From the NCBI GenBank assembly GCA_026391945.1, contig JAPLDA010000076.1, forward strand, positions 13,633 to 77,632: a DNA stretch of 64,000 nucleotides. Reading direction: 5' to 3'. Within the stretch, counting starts at the first letter, position 1; every line of letters begins with the position of its first letter. Shown in pieces: positions 29,487-38,807 of this stretch. A program made the translations under genes and the position numbers. The notes below the pieces were generated by a model, which was not told the origin of the DNA, ran no database searches, and was given only the letters and a program-made list of their open reading frames with translations. Source of the DNA: Bacteroidota bacterium (GTDB lineage Bacteria > Bacteroidota > Bacteroidia > AKYH767-A > 2013-40CM-41-45).

Positions 29487-31883
29487 TTAAAAACTGAAGT
29501 TATACGTTACACTCGGCAGCATCGGGAACAACGAAATTTGTTTGGCTTGTATGGTGATGGTATTGTTTTCAAACTTGTTGTCGAAATAAATGATGTACGG
29601 ATTGTACCGGTCGTACACATTGAAAACGCTGAAGTTCCAGCTCGACTGGTATTTCTTTTTCTTTTTTCCGTACAAGGTGGCTGAAATATCCAGGCGGTGA
29701 TAGGAGGGAAGACGGTAATTGTTCCGCTGGCTCCCGTAATCTTCCACGATGTTTCCGTTGGAAAGAAAATACAGGCGCTCCGGAAACGTGTTCAGGTTGC
29801 CGGTTGCATACACCCAGGTGGCGCCGAACGTCCAGCGTTTGTTCAGTTCGTACACCAGCACAATGGAGACATCATGCCTCCTGTCGAATTTGGCGAAGTA
29901 GGTGTTGCCGTTGTTCAGGTCGGGAAAATTTCTTTTCGTCCAGGCCAGTGTGTAACCGATCCATCCGTTGAATTTTCCCTTCGCCTTCTTCACAAAAAAT
30001 TCGGCGCCGTAACTCCATCCTTTCCCAAAAACAAAATTGTTGTCCACGTTGTCATTCACCGAATTCTCCGGCATGTAACCGTCCTCGTATTCAATCTGGT
30101 TTTTCATTTCTTTATAATACACCTCAACAGAAGTTTCGTAGAGGTTGTTTTTAAAGTTTCTGAAATATCCCAATGCATATTGAGTTCCGAATTGCGGCTC
30201 TACTTTGTCGGAACTCGGTATCCACACATCGGTAGGAAGTGAAATGGCAGAGAGGGAAGCAAGATGAATGTACTGGTAGTTCTGGGTGTAAGATGCTTTG
30301 ATTGATGAAAGATGGTTGAGTGAATACCTCATGGAAAAACGCGGCTCAAGATGATGATAACTTTTTACACTTTGCCCGCTTGTATAACTGATGGTATCGA
30401 CGATTGTTTTTTTTACCGGGTCTTTGATGAAGCGGTCAAACGGCCCGACTTGCTGAAAGAGCGTGAAGCGCAAGCCACCGTTCAGTTTCAGTTTTTCGCT
30501 GACGTCAAAATCATCGTTGATGTAGAGCGCACCATCGTGGGCATATTCCCTTAAAATTTTTCCGAGATCAAATACCACACTCCCGGATTTTGCGGAAGCA
30601 TTGCTCGGAACAAAAATATGGTAAATGTAATTGACGCCGAACTTCACGGTGTTGCGTACATCCGGAAGCCAGGTGAGATCGGCCTTTGTGCCGTAGTCAG
30701 TAATCCCGGAAAATAATTTGAAGCTGAATACATCCTGCCCTCCCTCAAACTGAAAATTATAATCCGTATAAATCAGCGATGTATTCATGAACAGCTGGTC
30801 GTTGAAGAGATGGTTCCACCGGGCCGTCGCAGTGGCATTTCCCCACGGAACCTTGATGTAAAAACTCGACTTCGGACTTTTGTAATTGAAGACGTCACGG
30901 CCGAAGTAACTGCTCAGGAACAACCTGTTTTTATCTGACAAGCGGTAATTCACTTTTGCATTCAGGTCGTAGAAATAGTATTTATTTCCGTTGATGTTTG
31001 AGGATGCTTTAACAAAAGGTTTTCCCATGAACAGGTCAACAAAGGTTCTTCTTGCCGAGACAATGAATGAACTCGTATCTTTTTTAATCGGGCCCTGAAT
31101 GGTCAGGCGCGAAGCAATGAAACCGATGCCACCGTCCACATTAAATTTTTGGTTGTTTCCTTCTTTCATCTGGATGTCCAGCACGGAAGCGAGGCGTCCG
31201 CCGTAATTGGCAGGCATGCCGCCTTTCGTGAGTGTGATGTTCTGAACTGCATCGGCATTGAACACGGAAAAAAATCCGAACAGGTGAGAAGCGTTGTAAA
31301 CAGTGGCTTCATCGAGAAGGATCAGGTTTTGATCCGGTCCGCCGCCGCGGACATAAAAACCGGTATTGCCTTCGCCGGCAGATTGAACTCCGGGAAGAAG
31401 CTGGATCGATTTCAACACATCCACTTCACCGAGAAAGGAGGGAAGTGTTTTTATCTTTTCTACTTCCAGAGTATTTTTTCCCATCTCAATTCCCTGTACA
31501 TTTTTATCTTCTTTCTCAGCAGTCACCGTTACTTCACGTGTCTCAACCGGTTTGTTATCCAGTGAAACATTCTGACGTACATCTTTATCGAGGTTGATTT
31601 TAAATTGCTGCTCGATGTAACCGATGAATGAAACAACGAGTGTGTAATTTCCTTTTGGAAGAGTGAGCGAATAAAAACCATACGCATTCGTGGACGTGCC
31701 ATGCAAACCTTCTTTCACATACACATTGGTTCCCAAAAGGCTTTCACCTGAGGATGCTTCTTTTACAAATCCGCTGATGGTGTATTTTCTGATCTCCTGG
31801 CCGGGTTTATCCTGTGCAAAAAGGTTTATGGAGAAAAAGCATAGTGAGAGAAAAAAAGAAACTCCCGGGAAGAAGAAACGCAT
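29487..31883 (-). CDS. TonB-dependent receptor (carboxypeptidase-regulatory-like domain, then plug and barrel)
   Basis: 798 aa; signal peptide; N-terminal YTISGFVKEASSGESLLGTNVYV CarbopepD_reg-like block; TonB-box-like region; terminal F. Confidence 0.8.
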   Translation of the reverse strand: MRFFFPGVSFFLSLCFFSINLFAQDKPGQEIRKYTISGFVKEASSGESLLGTNVYVKEGLHGTSTNAYGFYSLTLPKGNYTLVVSFIGYIEQQFKINLDKDVRQNVSLDNKPVETREVTVTAEKEDKNVQGIEMGKNTLEVEKIKTLPSFLGEVDVLKSIQLLPGVQSAGEGNTGFYVRGGGPDQNLILLDEATVYNASHLFGFFSVFNADAVQNITLTKGGMPANYGGRLASVLDIQMKEGNNQKFNVDGGIGFIASRLTIQGPIKKDTSSFIVSARRTFVDLFMGKPFVKASSNINGNKYYFYDLNAKVNYRLSDKNRLFLSSYFGRDVFNYKSPKSSFYIKVPWGNATATARWNHLFNDQLFMNTSLIYTDYNFQFEGGQDVFSFKLFSGITDYGTKADLTWLPDVRNTVKFGVNYIYHIFVPSNASAKSGSVVFDLGKILREYAHDGALYINDDFDVSEKLKLNGGLRFTLFQQVGPFDRFIKDPVKKTIVDTISYTSGQSVKSYHHLEPRFSMRYSLNHLSSIKASYTQNYQYIHLASLSAISLPTDVWIPSSDKVEPQFGTQYALGYFRNFKNNLYETSVEVYYKEMKNQIEYEDGYMPENSVNDNVDNNFVFGKGWSYGAEFFVKKAKGKFNGWIGYTLAWTKRNFPDLNNGNTYFAKFDRRHDVSIVLVYELNKRWTFGATWVYATGNLNTFPERLYFLSNGNIVEDYGSQRNNYRLPSYHRLDISATLYGKKKKKYQSSWNFSVFNVYDRYNPYIIYFDNKFENNTITIQAKQISLFPMLPSVTYNFSF

Positions 31884-31991
31884 AGATGGAAATTGCTGAA
31901 CTAAAATAAAATGAATATCATCGAATGGTCATAGCCGTTAAACGCGGCTGCAAATTTAGAAAACTAAAGCGGGAAAAATGGTATGGAAAAG

Positions 31992-32909
31992 TTAAAACTC
32001 GATTCCTCCCCGGAAAGTGAAAAATCCACTCTTTAGAGTTTCTGATCCTTCAACAGTATAAGTCTGATAATAACCGAACAAATTGGAAGAGAGCGTTTCT
32101 TTTACATCAATGCTGTTCACAGTATATTCATATCCAAGGTTCAGGCAATAGGATAGTTTTGATGATGACTTAAACCGGATACAAAATGCAGGGTTAAAAA
32201 AAGCACCGCCTTTGAATTTTAAAGTGGCATCGGCAATCGTTCCATACCCTAAATTAACACCCATGTATTTCGTTGTTAACCCAATGTCGTAACCAATATC
32301 AAAAATGAATCCTGCGGAAGTGTTTGTATTACTTTCAAAATAACCGCGCATGTCAAAGAAGATGGGAATATATTCAGTAGCCGGCAGATAATTCGTGTCT
32401 CCTGTAAAATATTCATAACCTAAACCAAGCCCGACATCGATTGAATTGGAAGCATGAAAACCATTGACATCCCTGACGCTGATTCCGTGATAAGCATTTT
32501 TTTGGGTGGTAATGTTCGACTGGTACGATAATGTGCCATCTCCGATACCCAATAAATAACCAACATCAAAATTATTTACATAACCACCGCCTCCTTTCGA
32601 TTCTTTATGATAATCGGGAGTGTCTTTTGTGATTTTTTCAACTTCATTCATTTTAAAGATTAAAATGCTATTGTCGCTGGTAACGATCCTGACGTTTTTA
32701 TCTGGTTCCAGTTCGACGATGGTGCCGTGAATCACACTTCCGTTTTTTAAATACACTACGTCCTCACCATGCTTATTTTTTTTATGATGTGCAAGGTTGT
32801 AAATACCGACAGCTGTTGCGCCTGTATATTGTGCTGATGACTGAATCGGTCCCGTACAAATCAGTACAATTAAAAATACTTGAACAAATTTCTTTTTCAT
32901 TTTTTTCAA
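31992..32909 (-). CDS. Hypothetical outer-membrane beta-barrel protein
   Basis: 305 aa; signal peptide; Gly/Tyr-rich alternating strands; C-terminal Phe. Confidence 0.5.
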   Translation of the reverse strand: MKKMKKKFVQVFLIVLICTGPIQSSAQYTGATAVGIYNLAHHKKNKHGEDVVYLKNGSVIHGTIVELEPDKNVRIVTSDNSILIFKMNEVEKITKDTPDYHKESKGGGGYVNNFDVGYLLGIGDGTLSYQSNITTQKNAYHGISVRDVNGFHASNSIDVGLGLGYEYFTGDTNYLPATEYIPIFFDMRGYFESNTNTSAGFIFDIGYDIGLTTKYMGVNLGYGTIADATLKFKGGAFFNPAFCIRFKSSSKLSYCLNLGYEYTVNSIDVKETLSSNLFGYYQTYTVEGSETLKSGFFTFRGGIEF

Positions 32910-33015
32910 ATATGATCCAATGTTAGTAAAGAATCAGGAAAGGCGCAAGGGGATCTTTTATTTCAATATACCAACAAGAGCTGACAGTCCTGAGTCGACT
33001 GGCAACTGCAGACTG

Positions 33016-33043
33016 TTGACTATTCTTTAAATTCCTATCTTTG
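33016..33043 (+). promoter_or_regulatory. Bacteroidota sigma-A promoter for rnpB: -33 TTG (33016-33018) and -7 TAtcTTTG (33036-33043)
   Basis: TTGactattctttaaattccTAtcTTTG, 17-nt spacer. Predicted transcription start lies a few nt upstream of the P1 helix. Confidence 0.5.
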
Positions 33044-33064
33044 CAGTAACAAACTGTTCTTTCA

Positions 33065-33453
33065 AATAATCAACTGTTCTATCGCTCCGTTTACACGGAG
33101 AGGAAAGTCCGGGCAACACAGAGCATCCTGCTTCCTAACGGGAAGGGTTCTGCAGCAATGCGGAAAACAGCCAGTGCCACAGAAAATAACTACTCATCAG
33201 AAATGATGAGAAAAGGTGAAAACGTGAGGTAAAAGCTCACGGTCATGGTTGGCGACAACGGTGACGGGTAAACCTCAGGAGTTGAAAAACCAAATAAGTC
33301 CCGATTTTGAAACGGCTCGTTTCAATTCGCCTTTGGCGGATATCGGGATGGGTAGGTTGATAGATGGTGCAGGCAACTGCACTGCCAGATAAATGATAGA
33401 AGTCCTCCGCCTTTGGCGTGAGAAAACAGAACCCGGCTTACAGGTTGGTTATT
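33065..33453 (+). ncRNA. rnpB: RNase P RNA (bacterial type A)
   Basis: Universally conserved GAGGAAAGTCCGGGC (33099-33113) and ACAGAACCCGGCTTA (33426-33440). P3 hairpin ctccg-tttaca-cggag. P1 pairing AAUAAUCAACUG / CAGGUUGGUUAUU. Ends are approximate. Confidence 0.85.
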
Positions 33454-33456
33454 AAA

Positions 33457-33491
33457 ACATCCTCCGATTTATCATCGGAGGATGTTTTTTT
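33457..33491 (+). terminator. Rho-independent terminator after rnpB
   Basis: acatcctccgat-ttatc-atcggaggatgt followed by TTTTTTT. Confidence 0.8.
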
Positions 33492-33526
33492 ATTTGACTA
33501 TTTTCGCTCCTCCTAATAATCATATT

Positions 33527-35587
33527 ATGAAAACTAAATTAATATTATTTCTTACCGGCTGGAATTTTTTATTCTGCTTCAGTGGCATCGCTCAGCAAAA
33601 AATCACACCTGAATTTCTCTGGAAACTCGGAAGAGTCAGCGATCCGCAGTTATCTCCCGATGGCTCAGAGGCTTTGTACAATGTCCGTAATTACAATCTC
33701 GCCTCCAACAAAGGAAATACCGATATCTGGAAAGTGGAGGTTGCGACTGCTGCTGTTTCAAAACTTGCCGGCGATTCTTCCAATGAAACGATGCCGCGTT
33801 GGAGCAGCGATGGAAAAAAGATTTATTACCTCAACGATGCCGGCGGAAGCAACCAGTTGTATTGCATGAATACAGACGGTACCGGGAAAATACAGTTGAC
33901 GACGTACGATAACGACATCAATCTATTTGGAATTTCAAAATCAGGAAACATGATCTGGTTCGCCCAGGATGTGAAACTGGAAAAACCCTTTGGAAAAGAT
34001 TTGTATCCGGATCTTCCGAAGGCGACAGGAAAAGTGTATGACGACCTGATGATGCGTCATTGGGACAGCTGGTTCGACGGAACATTCAGCCATGTTTTCA
34101 TTGCTACTTTTGACAACGGGAAAATCGGTATGGCGACCGACATCATGAAAAATGAACGATACGATTCACCGTTGAAACCTGATGGCGGCGATGAAGAAAT
34201 TGCCTGGAGCCCGGATGGGAAAACACTTGCCTATACCTGTAAAAAATTATACGGTAAAGAATATGCCATCAGTACGAACTCCGATATTTATTTGTATGAT
34301 GTCGCAAAAAGTTCGACTTCCAATTTCACAGAAGGGATGAACGGATATGATAAAGCGCCGGCATTCTCACCCGACGGAACAAAAATTTCCTGGCTCAGCA
34401 TGAACGAACCTGGAAATGAATCAGACAGGAACCGGATGTTCCTGTACGACTTCGGAACGAAAACAAAAAGAGAACTCACCACCGGTTACGATAACGATGT
34501 GATCTGTTTCAAATGGAATGTCACTGGCAAAACAATTTATTTTATTTCCGGCACCAATGCAACTGAACAGGTGTTTTCTTATGATCTGAATCCGAAGAAT
34601 CCCAATCCAATAAAGCAAATTACCAATGCAGAAACGGATCATACGGCTTTAAGCGTTACGGTGAATGCGAAGAAAGAAGATGTGGTGATCACCAGCATGA
34701 TGAGCATTTCACTGCCGACAGAACTTTTCAGCATCAGCACCACACAGGGCTACGCCAAGCAAATCACCAATACCAATGTGGATTTGTTGTCGAAAGTGAA
34801 AATGGGAAAAATTGAGAAGAGGATGATCAAAGCGACCGACGGTAAAGACATTCTTACCTGGGTGATGTATCCTCCTGATTTCAACCCGGCAAAAAAATAC
34901 CCGACGATCCTGTATTGCCAGGGTGGACCACAGAGTACGGTCAGCCAGTTTTTTTCTTACCGATGGAATTTTCAATTGATGATTGCAAACGGGTACATCA
35001 TCGTGGCTCCGAACAGGCGCGGACTTCCATCGTTCGGCTCGGAATGGAATGCCGAAATCAGCGGCGACTGGGGTGGACAGGCAATGAATGATTTGTTAAG
35101 TGCCATCGATTCGGTCTCGAAAGAAAGTTTTGTGAACAAAGATAAAATGGGGGCGATCGGAGCCAGCTTTGGCGGCTATTCAGCGTATTGGCTGGAAGGT
35201 CATCACAATAAACGGTTCAAAGCGTTCATCGCTCATTGCGGGGTATTCGATCTTTCGAGCCAGAATATTTCGACTGAAGAACTGTGGTTTTCCAAACATG
35301 AGTTCAAAGGATTTCCGTGGGACTCTCCTGTACCTGAAAGTTACTCCAGGTTTTCTCCGTCAAACTTTGTAAAAAACTGGGACACTCCGATCCTTGTTAT
35401 TCACAATGAAAAAGATTTCCGTGTTCCGTACATGCAGGGCTTGGAAGCCTATACAGCAGCGAGGATGCACGATATTCCCGCTCGCTTTTTATGTTTCCCT
35501 GACGAAGGCCATTGGGTTCTCAAACCACAAAACAGCGTGATGTGGCAACGCGTTTTTTATGAGTGGTTGGATAAATATCTGAAATAG
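33527..35587 (+). CDS. S9 family peptidase (prolyl oligopeptidase / acylaminoacyl-peptidase-like): beta-propeller plus alpha/beta hydrolase
   Basis: Signal peptide MKTKLILFLTG; N-terminal TolB-like propeller repeats; catalytic GASFGG, Asp and His (DEGHW) in the C-terminal domain. Start placed at the ATG after the rnpB terminator. Confidence 0.8.
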   Translation: MKTKLILFLTGWNFLFCFSGIAQQKITPEFLWKLGRVSDPQLSPDGSEALYNVRNYNLASNKGNTDIWKVEVATAAVSKLAGDSSNETMPRWSSDGKKIYYLNDAGGSNQLYCMNTDGTGKIQLTTYDNDINLFGISKSGNMIWFAQDVKLEKPFGKDLYPDLPKATGKVYDDLMMRHWDSWFDGTFSHVFIATFDNGKIGMATDIMKNERYDSPLKPDGGDEEIAWSPDGKTLAYTCKKLYGKEYAISTNSDIYLYDVAKSSTSNFTEGMNGYDKAPAFSPDGTKISWLSMNEPGNESDRNRMFLYDFGTKTKRELTTGYDNDVICFKWNVTGKTIYFISGTNATEQVFSYDLNPKNPNPIKQITNAETDHTALSVTVNAKKEDVVITSMMSISLPTELFSISTTQGYAKQITNTNVDLLSKVKMGKIEKRMIKATDGKDILTWVMYPPDFNPAKKYPTILYCQGGPQSTVSQFFSYRWNFQLMIANGYIIVAPNRRGLPSFGSEWNAEISGDWGGQAMNDLLSAIDSVSKESFVNKDKMGAIGASFGGYSAYWLEGHHNKRFKAFIAHCGVFDLSSQNISTEELWFSKHEFKGFPWDSPVPESYSRFSPSNFVKNWDTPILVIHNEKDFRVPYMQGLEAYTAARMHDIPARFLCFPDEGHWVLKPQNSVMWQRVFYEWLDKYLK

Positions 35588-35768
35588 TTTTTTGTGATCG
35601 GGTTGATTTGAACTTTCAGGCGATTGGGGGAAGTCGGGAATAAAGAATCAAGAGTCAAGAATCAAAAATCAAGAGCATTACCTCAATCGACTTAATCAAC
35701 CATTCAACTCACAAACTAAAAGATGAGAGGACACCGTTGATTAGAAAAAATATTTCAATTGAATGACG

Positions 35769-35852
35769 TGCCCGGAGTGGGACTCGAACCCACAAGGTAA
35801 TTACACCAACGGCTTCTGAGACCGCAACGTTTGCCAATTTCGCCATCCGGGC
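35769..35852 (-). tRNA. tRNA-Leu, anticodon CAG (type II, long variable arm)
   Basis: Reverse complement folds into acceptor GCCCGGA/TCCGGGC, anticodon loop CTCAGAA, 15-nt variable arm, T-arm GTGGG-TTCGAGT-CCCAC. Confidence 0.8.
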
Positions 35853-35918
35853 AAATGCAATTCAGAATGATTTTCTACACTCGTTCAATTCATCATTCTG
35901 AATTCTTAATTCCTAAAG

Positions 35919-35998
35919 TGCCCAGGACGAGAGTCGAACTCGTACGGTTGCCCGCCACCCCCTCAAAGTGGTGCGTCTGCCAATTTCGCCACCTGGGC
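35919..35998 (-). tRNA. tRNA-Leu, anticodon GAG (assignment tentative; the variable arm is only ~11 nt)
   Basis: Reverse complement: acceptor GCCCAGG/CCTGGGC, D-arm identical to the neighbouring tRNA-Leu, anticodon stem CCACT/GGTGG with loop TTGAGGG, T-arm ACGAG-TTCGACT-CTCGT. Confidence 0.65.
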
Positions 35999-36090
35999 AA
36001 GGATCTTATTAATCTTAAACTTTCAAAGAAACGGGATGCAAAAATAAAAAAATAATGGTAACGGGGTAACAATATTATTGGCTGCCAGTC

Positions 36091-36124
36091 AAAAAAAATC
36101 CTTCACAAAAAGGAAGGATTTTTC
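36091..36124 (-). terminator. Rho-independent terminator downstream of the GAPDH-like gene (hairpin followed by T-run on the minus strand)
   Basis: aatccttc-acaaaaa-ggaaggatt, with an A8 run on the plus strand that reads T8 on the minus strand. Confidence 0.7.
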
Positions 36125-36145
36125 ATTCAGGGGATTTACCTCTAA

Positions 36146-37633
36146 TCAATAGTACCGTAGACGGATCACATCAGCAAGATGCTTGGCATAACGAACCACC
36201 TGGCGGCTGTAACCATATTCGTTGTCATACCATACATACAACACCACCGATTTATTGTCTTTGGAAACAATGGTTGCCGGGCTGTCGAAAATGGAAGCAC
36301 AAGGATTGCCAACAAGATCTGAAGAAACCAGTTCGTTGGAAATGGAATATTGTATCTGTTCAACCAGGTCGCCGCGCAAAGCTGCATCCCGCATGATCTC
36401 GTTGATGCCTTCTTTGCTGGTTTCTTTTTTGACCACCAGGTTTAGAATGGCCAGTGAAACATCAGGAGTCGGCACACGAACGGCATTGCCGGTAAGTTTT
36501 CCAGCCAATGGAGGAATTACTTTGGCAACGGCTTTATCGGCACCGGTTTCAGTGATCACCATATTCAGCGGAGCTGAACGTCCGCGCCTGTATTTCTTGT
36601 GATAATTATCAAGAAGGTTTTGGTCATTGGTGTAAGAATGGATCGTCTCAATGTGTCCTTTTTCAATACCTAAAACATTTTCAATGACGGCGAGAACAGG
36701 TACAATGGCATTGGTGGTGCAGGATGCCGCAGAAAAAATCTTCTCCTTTTCGGAATCAAAAGAATTTTCATTCACACCGTAAACGACATTTGGAATATCA
36801 CCTTTGCCGGGCGCTGTGAGTAAAACTTTATCAACGCCTTTTGATTTCAGGTGAAGCCCGAGTCCTTCCCGGTCGCGGACAATTCCCGTATTATCAATAA
36901 TCAAAGCATTGTTGATTCCGTAAGCTGTATAATCAATCGAACTCATGTCGTTTGAGGCGATCATGTGTATCGTATGTCCGTTCACAATTAACGCTTTGTT
37001 CTTAAAGTCTTCGATCACTGTTCCTGGAAATGTTCCGTGAACAGAATCGTTGCGAAGTAATTCAGCACGTTTATTAATATCGATGTCGCTGTTGTTTCTT
37101 GTTACGACAGCCCGCAAGCGCAGTTGCTCTCCTTTGCCTGCCTGTGATACCAGTTCACGCATCAGCAAACGGCCGATTCTGCCAAATCCGTACAGTACCA
37201 CATCACGGGGAATAATTTTCCTTTTTTCCTTCCCGATGAAGTCAACCATTTTGTCACCAATAAAATCTTCCGCGCTTTTGTATTTTTTCTTTTCGGCAAT
37301 CCATTCAAAACCCAGGCGGCCAATGTCGATGCGGGAAGGAGCGAGGTCAAGTTTATTCAGTTCTTTCACCAGCATCAGCGTATCCAGTGCATTGATCGGT
37401 TTTTTTACAATATCTTTTGCATACTGGTGCAGGCTGAGAATTTCGCTGGCACTCCGGTCGAACAATTGGTTTCTGAATAAAACCAGTTCAACCGATTTGT
37501 CATACCAAAGTGTTCCGGTCAGATGAATGATTTCGATGGCTGCTTTCTCAAGCTGGATCCAGTCGGCCAGTTCATTTTCGTATTTGTCTTTGTGATTCAC
37601 GGTGGGTTCTTCTTTAAGTGTATAGGAAGTCAT
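36146..37633 (-). CDS. Glyceraldehyde-3-phosphate dehydrogenase family protein with an unusual ~130-aa N-terminal extension
   Basis: 495 aa; NAD site VVLYGFGRIGRLL starts near residue 150; active-site ASCTTNAIVP; C-terminal WYDNEYGYS. Confidence 0.7.
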   Translation of the reverse strand: MTSYTLKEEPTVNHKDKYENELADWIQLEKAAIEIIHLTGTLWYDKSVELVLFRNQLFDRSASEILSLHQYAKDIVKKPINALDTLMLVKELNKLDLAPSRIDIGRLGFEWIAEKKKYKSAEDFIGDKMVDFIGKEKRKIIPRDVVLYGFGRIGRLLMRELVSQAGKGEQLRLRAVVTRNNSDIDINKRAELLRNDSVHGTFPGTVIEDFKNKALIVNGHTIHMIASNDMSSIDYTAYGINNALIIDNTGIVRDREGLGLHLKSKGVDKVLLTAPGKGDIPNVVYGVNENSFDSEKEKIFSAASCTTNAIVPVLAVIENVLGIEKGHIETIHSYTNDQNLLDNYHKKYRRGRSAPLNMVITETGADKAVAKVIPPLAGKLTGNAVRVPTPDVSLAILNLVVKKETSKEGINEIMRDAALRGDLVEQIQYSISNELVSSDLVGNPCASIFDSPATIVSKDNKSVVLYVWYDNEYGYSRQVVRYAKHLADVIRLRYY

Positions 37634-37748
37634 GATGGTGTGAATTTATGTTTTCGTACACTGGTATGGGCATTAAACAAACTCAGCCCGCTTGCGACGG
37701 ACTGAGTTTGTACAAATTAATCAACTAGTTGTTTTCACTATGTGCATT

Positions 37749-38612
37749 TTATCCTAAGTATGCTTTCAGCAAACGGCTTCTTGATTTATGACGCAGTCTC
37801 CGGATCGCTTTTTCTTTGATCTGGCGAACGCGTTCGCGTGTGAGATCAAACTTGGCACCGATTTCTTCGAGCGTAAGCCCGTGGTTCATGCCAATGCCGA
37901 AGAAAAGACGAATCACTTCACGTTCTCTCTCGGTAAGTGTGCTGAGGGAGCGGTCAATTTCTTTCTGAAGCGATTCATTCATCAGCAGGTTATCGGCTCT
38001 TGGTGAATCCGAGTTCTCCAGAACATCCAGCAAACTGTTGTCTTCACCCTGAACGAAAGGAGCATCCATGGAAACATGTTTTCCACTCACCCGCATCGTG
38101 TCGGTGATTTTTTCAGAAGGAAGTTCAAGCAGTTTCGACAACTCTTCAGGAGAAGGTTCACGTTCAAATTCCTGTTCAAGTTTCGAATACGCTTTTGAAA
38201 TTTTATTCAGCGAACCTACCTGGTTCAATGGAAGACGAACGATCCGGGATTGCTCTGCCAGTGCCTGTAAAATGCTCTGACGAATCCACCATACAGCGTA
38301 AGAGATAAACTTAAAGCCACGTGTTTCATCGAAACGTTTGGCAGCTTTGATGAGTCCTAAATTTCCTTCATTGATTAAGTCAGGCAAACTTAAACCCTGG
38401 TTCTGGTATTGCTTGGCAACAGAAACCACGAAACGAAGATTGGCTTTGGTTAGCCGGTCGAGTGCTCCCTGGTCGCCTTCTTTGATTTTTCTGGCAAGAC
38501 GAACTTCTTCTTCGGCTGTGATGAGTTCCTCACGGCCGATTTCCTGGAGGTATTTTTCGAGAGACTGACTCTCGCGATTGGTGATGGATTTGGTTATTTT
38601 AAGCTGACGCAT
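37749..38612 (-). CDS. rpoD: RNA polymerase primary sigma factor (short Bacteroidota sigma-A)
   Basis: 287 aa; region 2.4/3/4 motifs; ends in [18 protein letters not shown], typical of Bacteroidota RpoD. Confidence 0.9.
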   Translation of the reverse strand: MRQLKITKSITNRESQSLEKYLQEIGREELITAEEEVRLARKIKEGDQGALDRLTKANLRFVVSVAKQYQNQGLSLPDLINEGNLGLIKAAKRFDETRGFKFISYAVWWIRQSILQALAEQSRIVRLPLNQVGSLNKISKAYSKLEQEFEREPSPEELSKLLELPSEKITDTMRVSGKHVSMDAPFVQGEDNSLLDVLENSDSPRADNLLMNESLQKEIDRSLSTLTEREREVIRLFFGIGMNHGLTLEEIGAKFDLTRERVRQIKEKAIRRLRHKSRSRLLKAYLG

Positions 38613-38807
38613 GGTGGTGTTAAGTTTATAAGATACGTTTAAAAATTTAACGAAATCGAAGAAAAATCATGTTATTATTATGGTGCGAAAGTACGGCTAA
38701 AAGAAAAGCGAAGCAAGTATTTGTCAAGAGAAAGTTGATAATTGATGGCTGATGTTAATAAAAAAAGGAGAGCGGTTTAAACTCTCCTTTTTCGTTGTTT
38801 TTTTACA

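Noticed and set aside
33482-33526. Upstream extension of the S9 peptidase ORF (MFFYLTIFAPPNNHI)
   Set aside because: It overlaps the rnpB terminator hairpin and T-run. The downstream ATG at 33527 gives a proper signal peptide.
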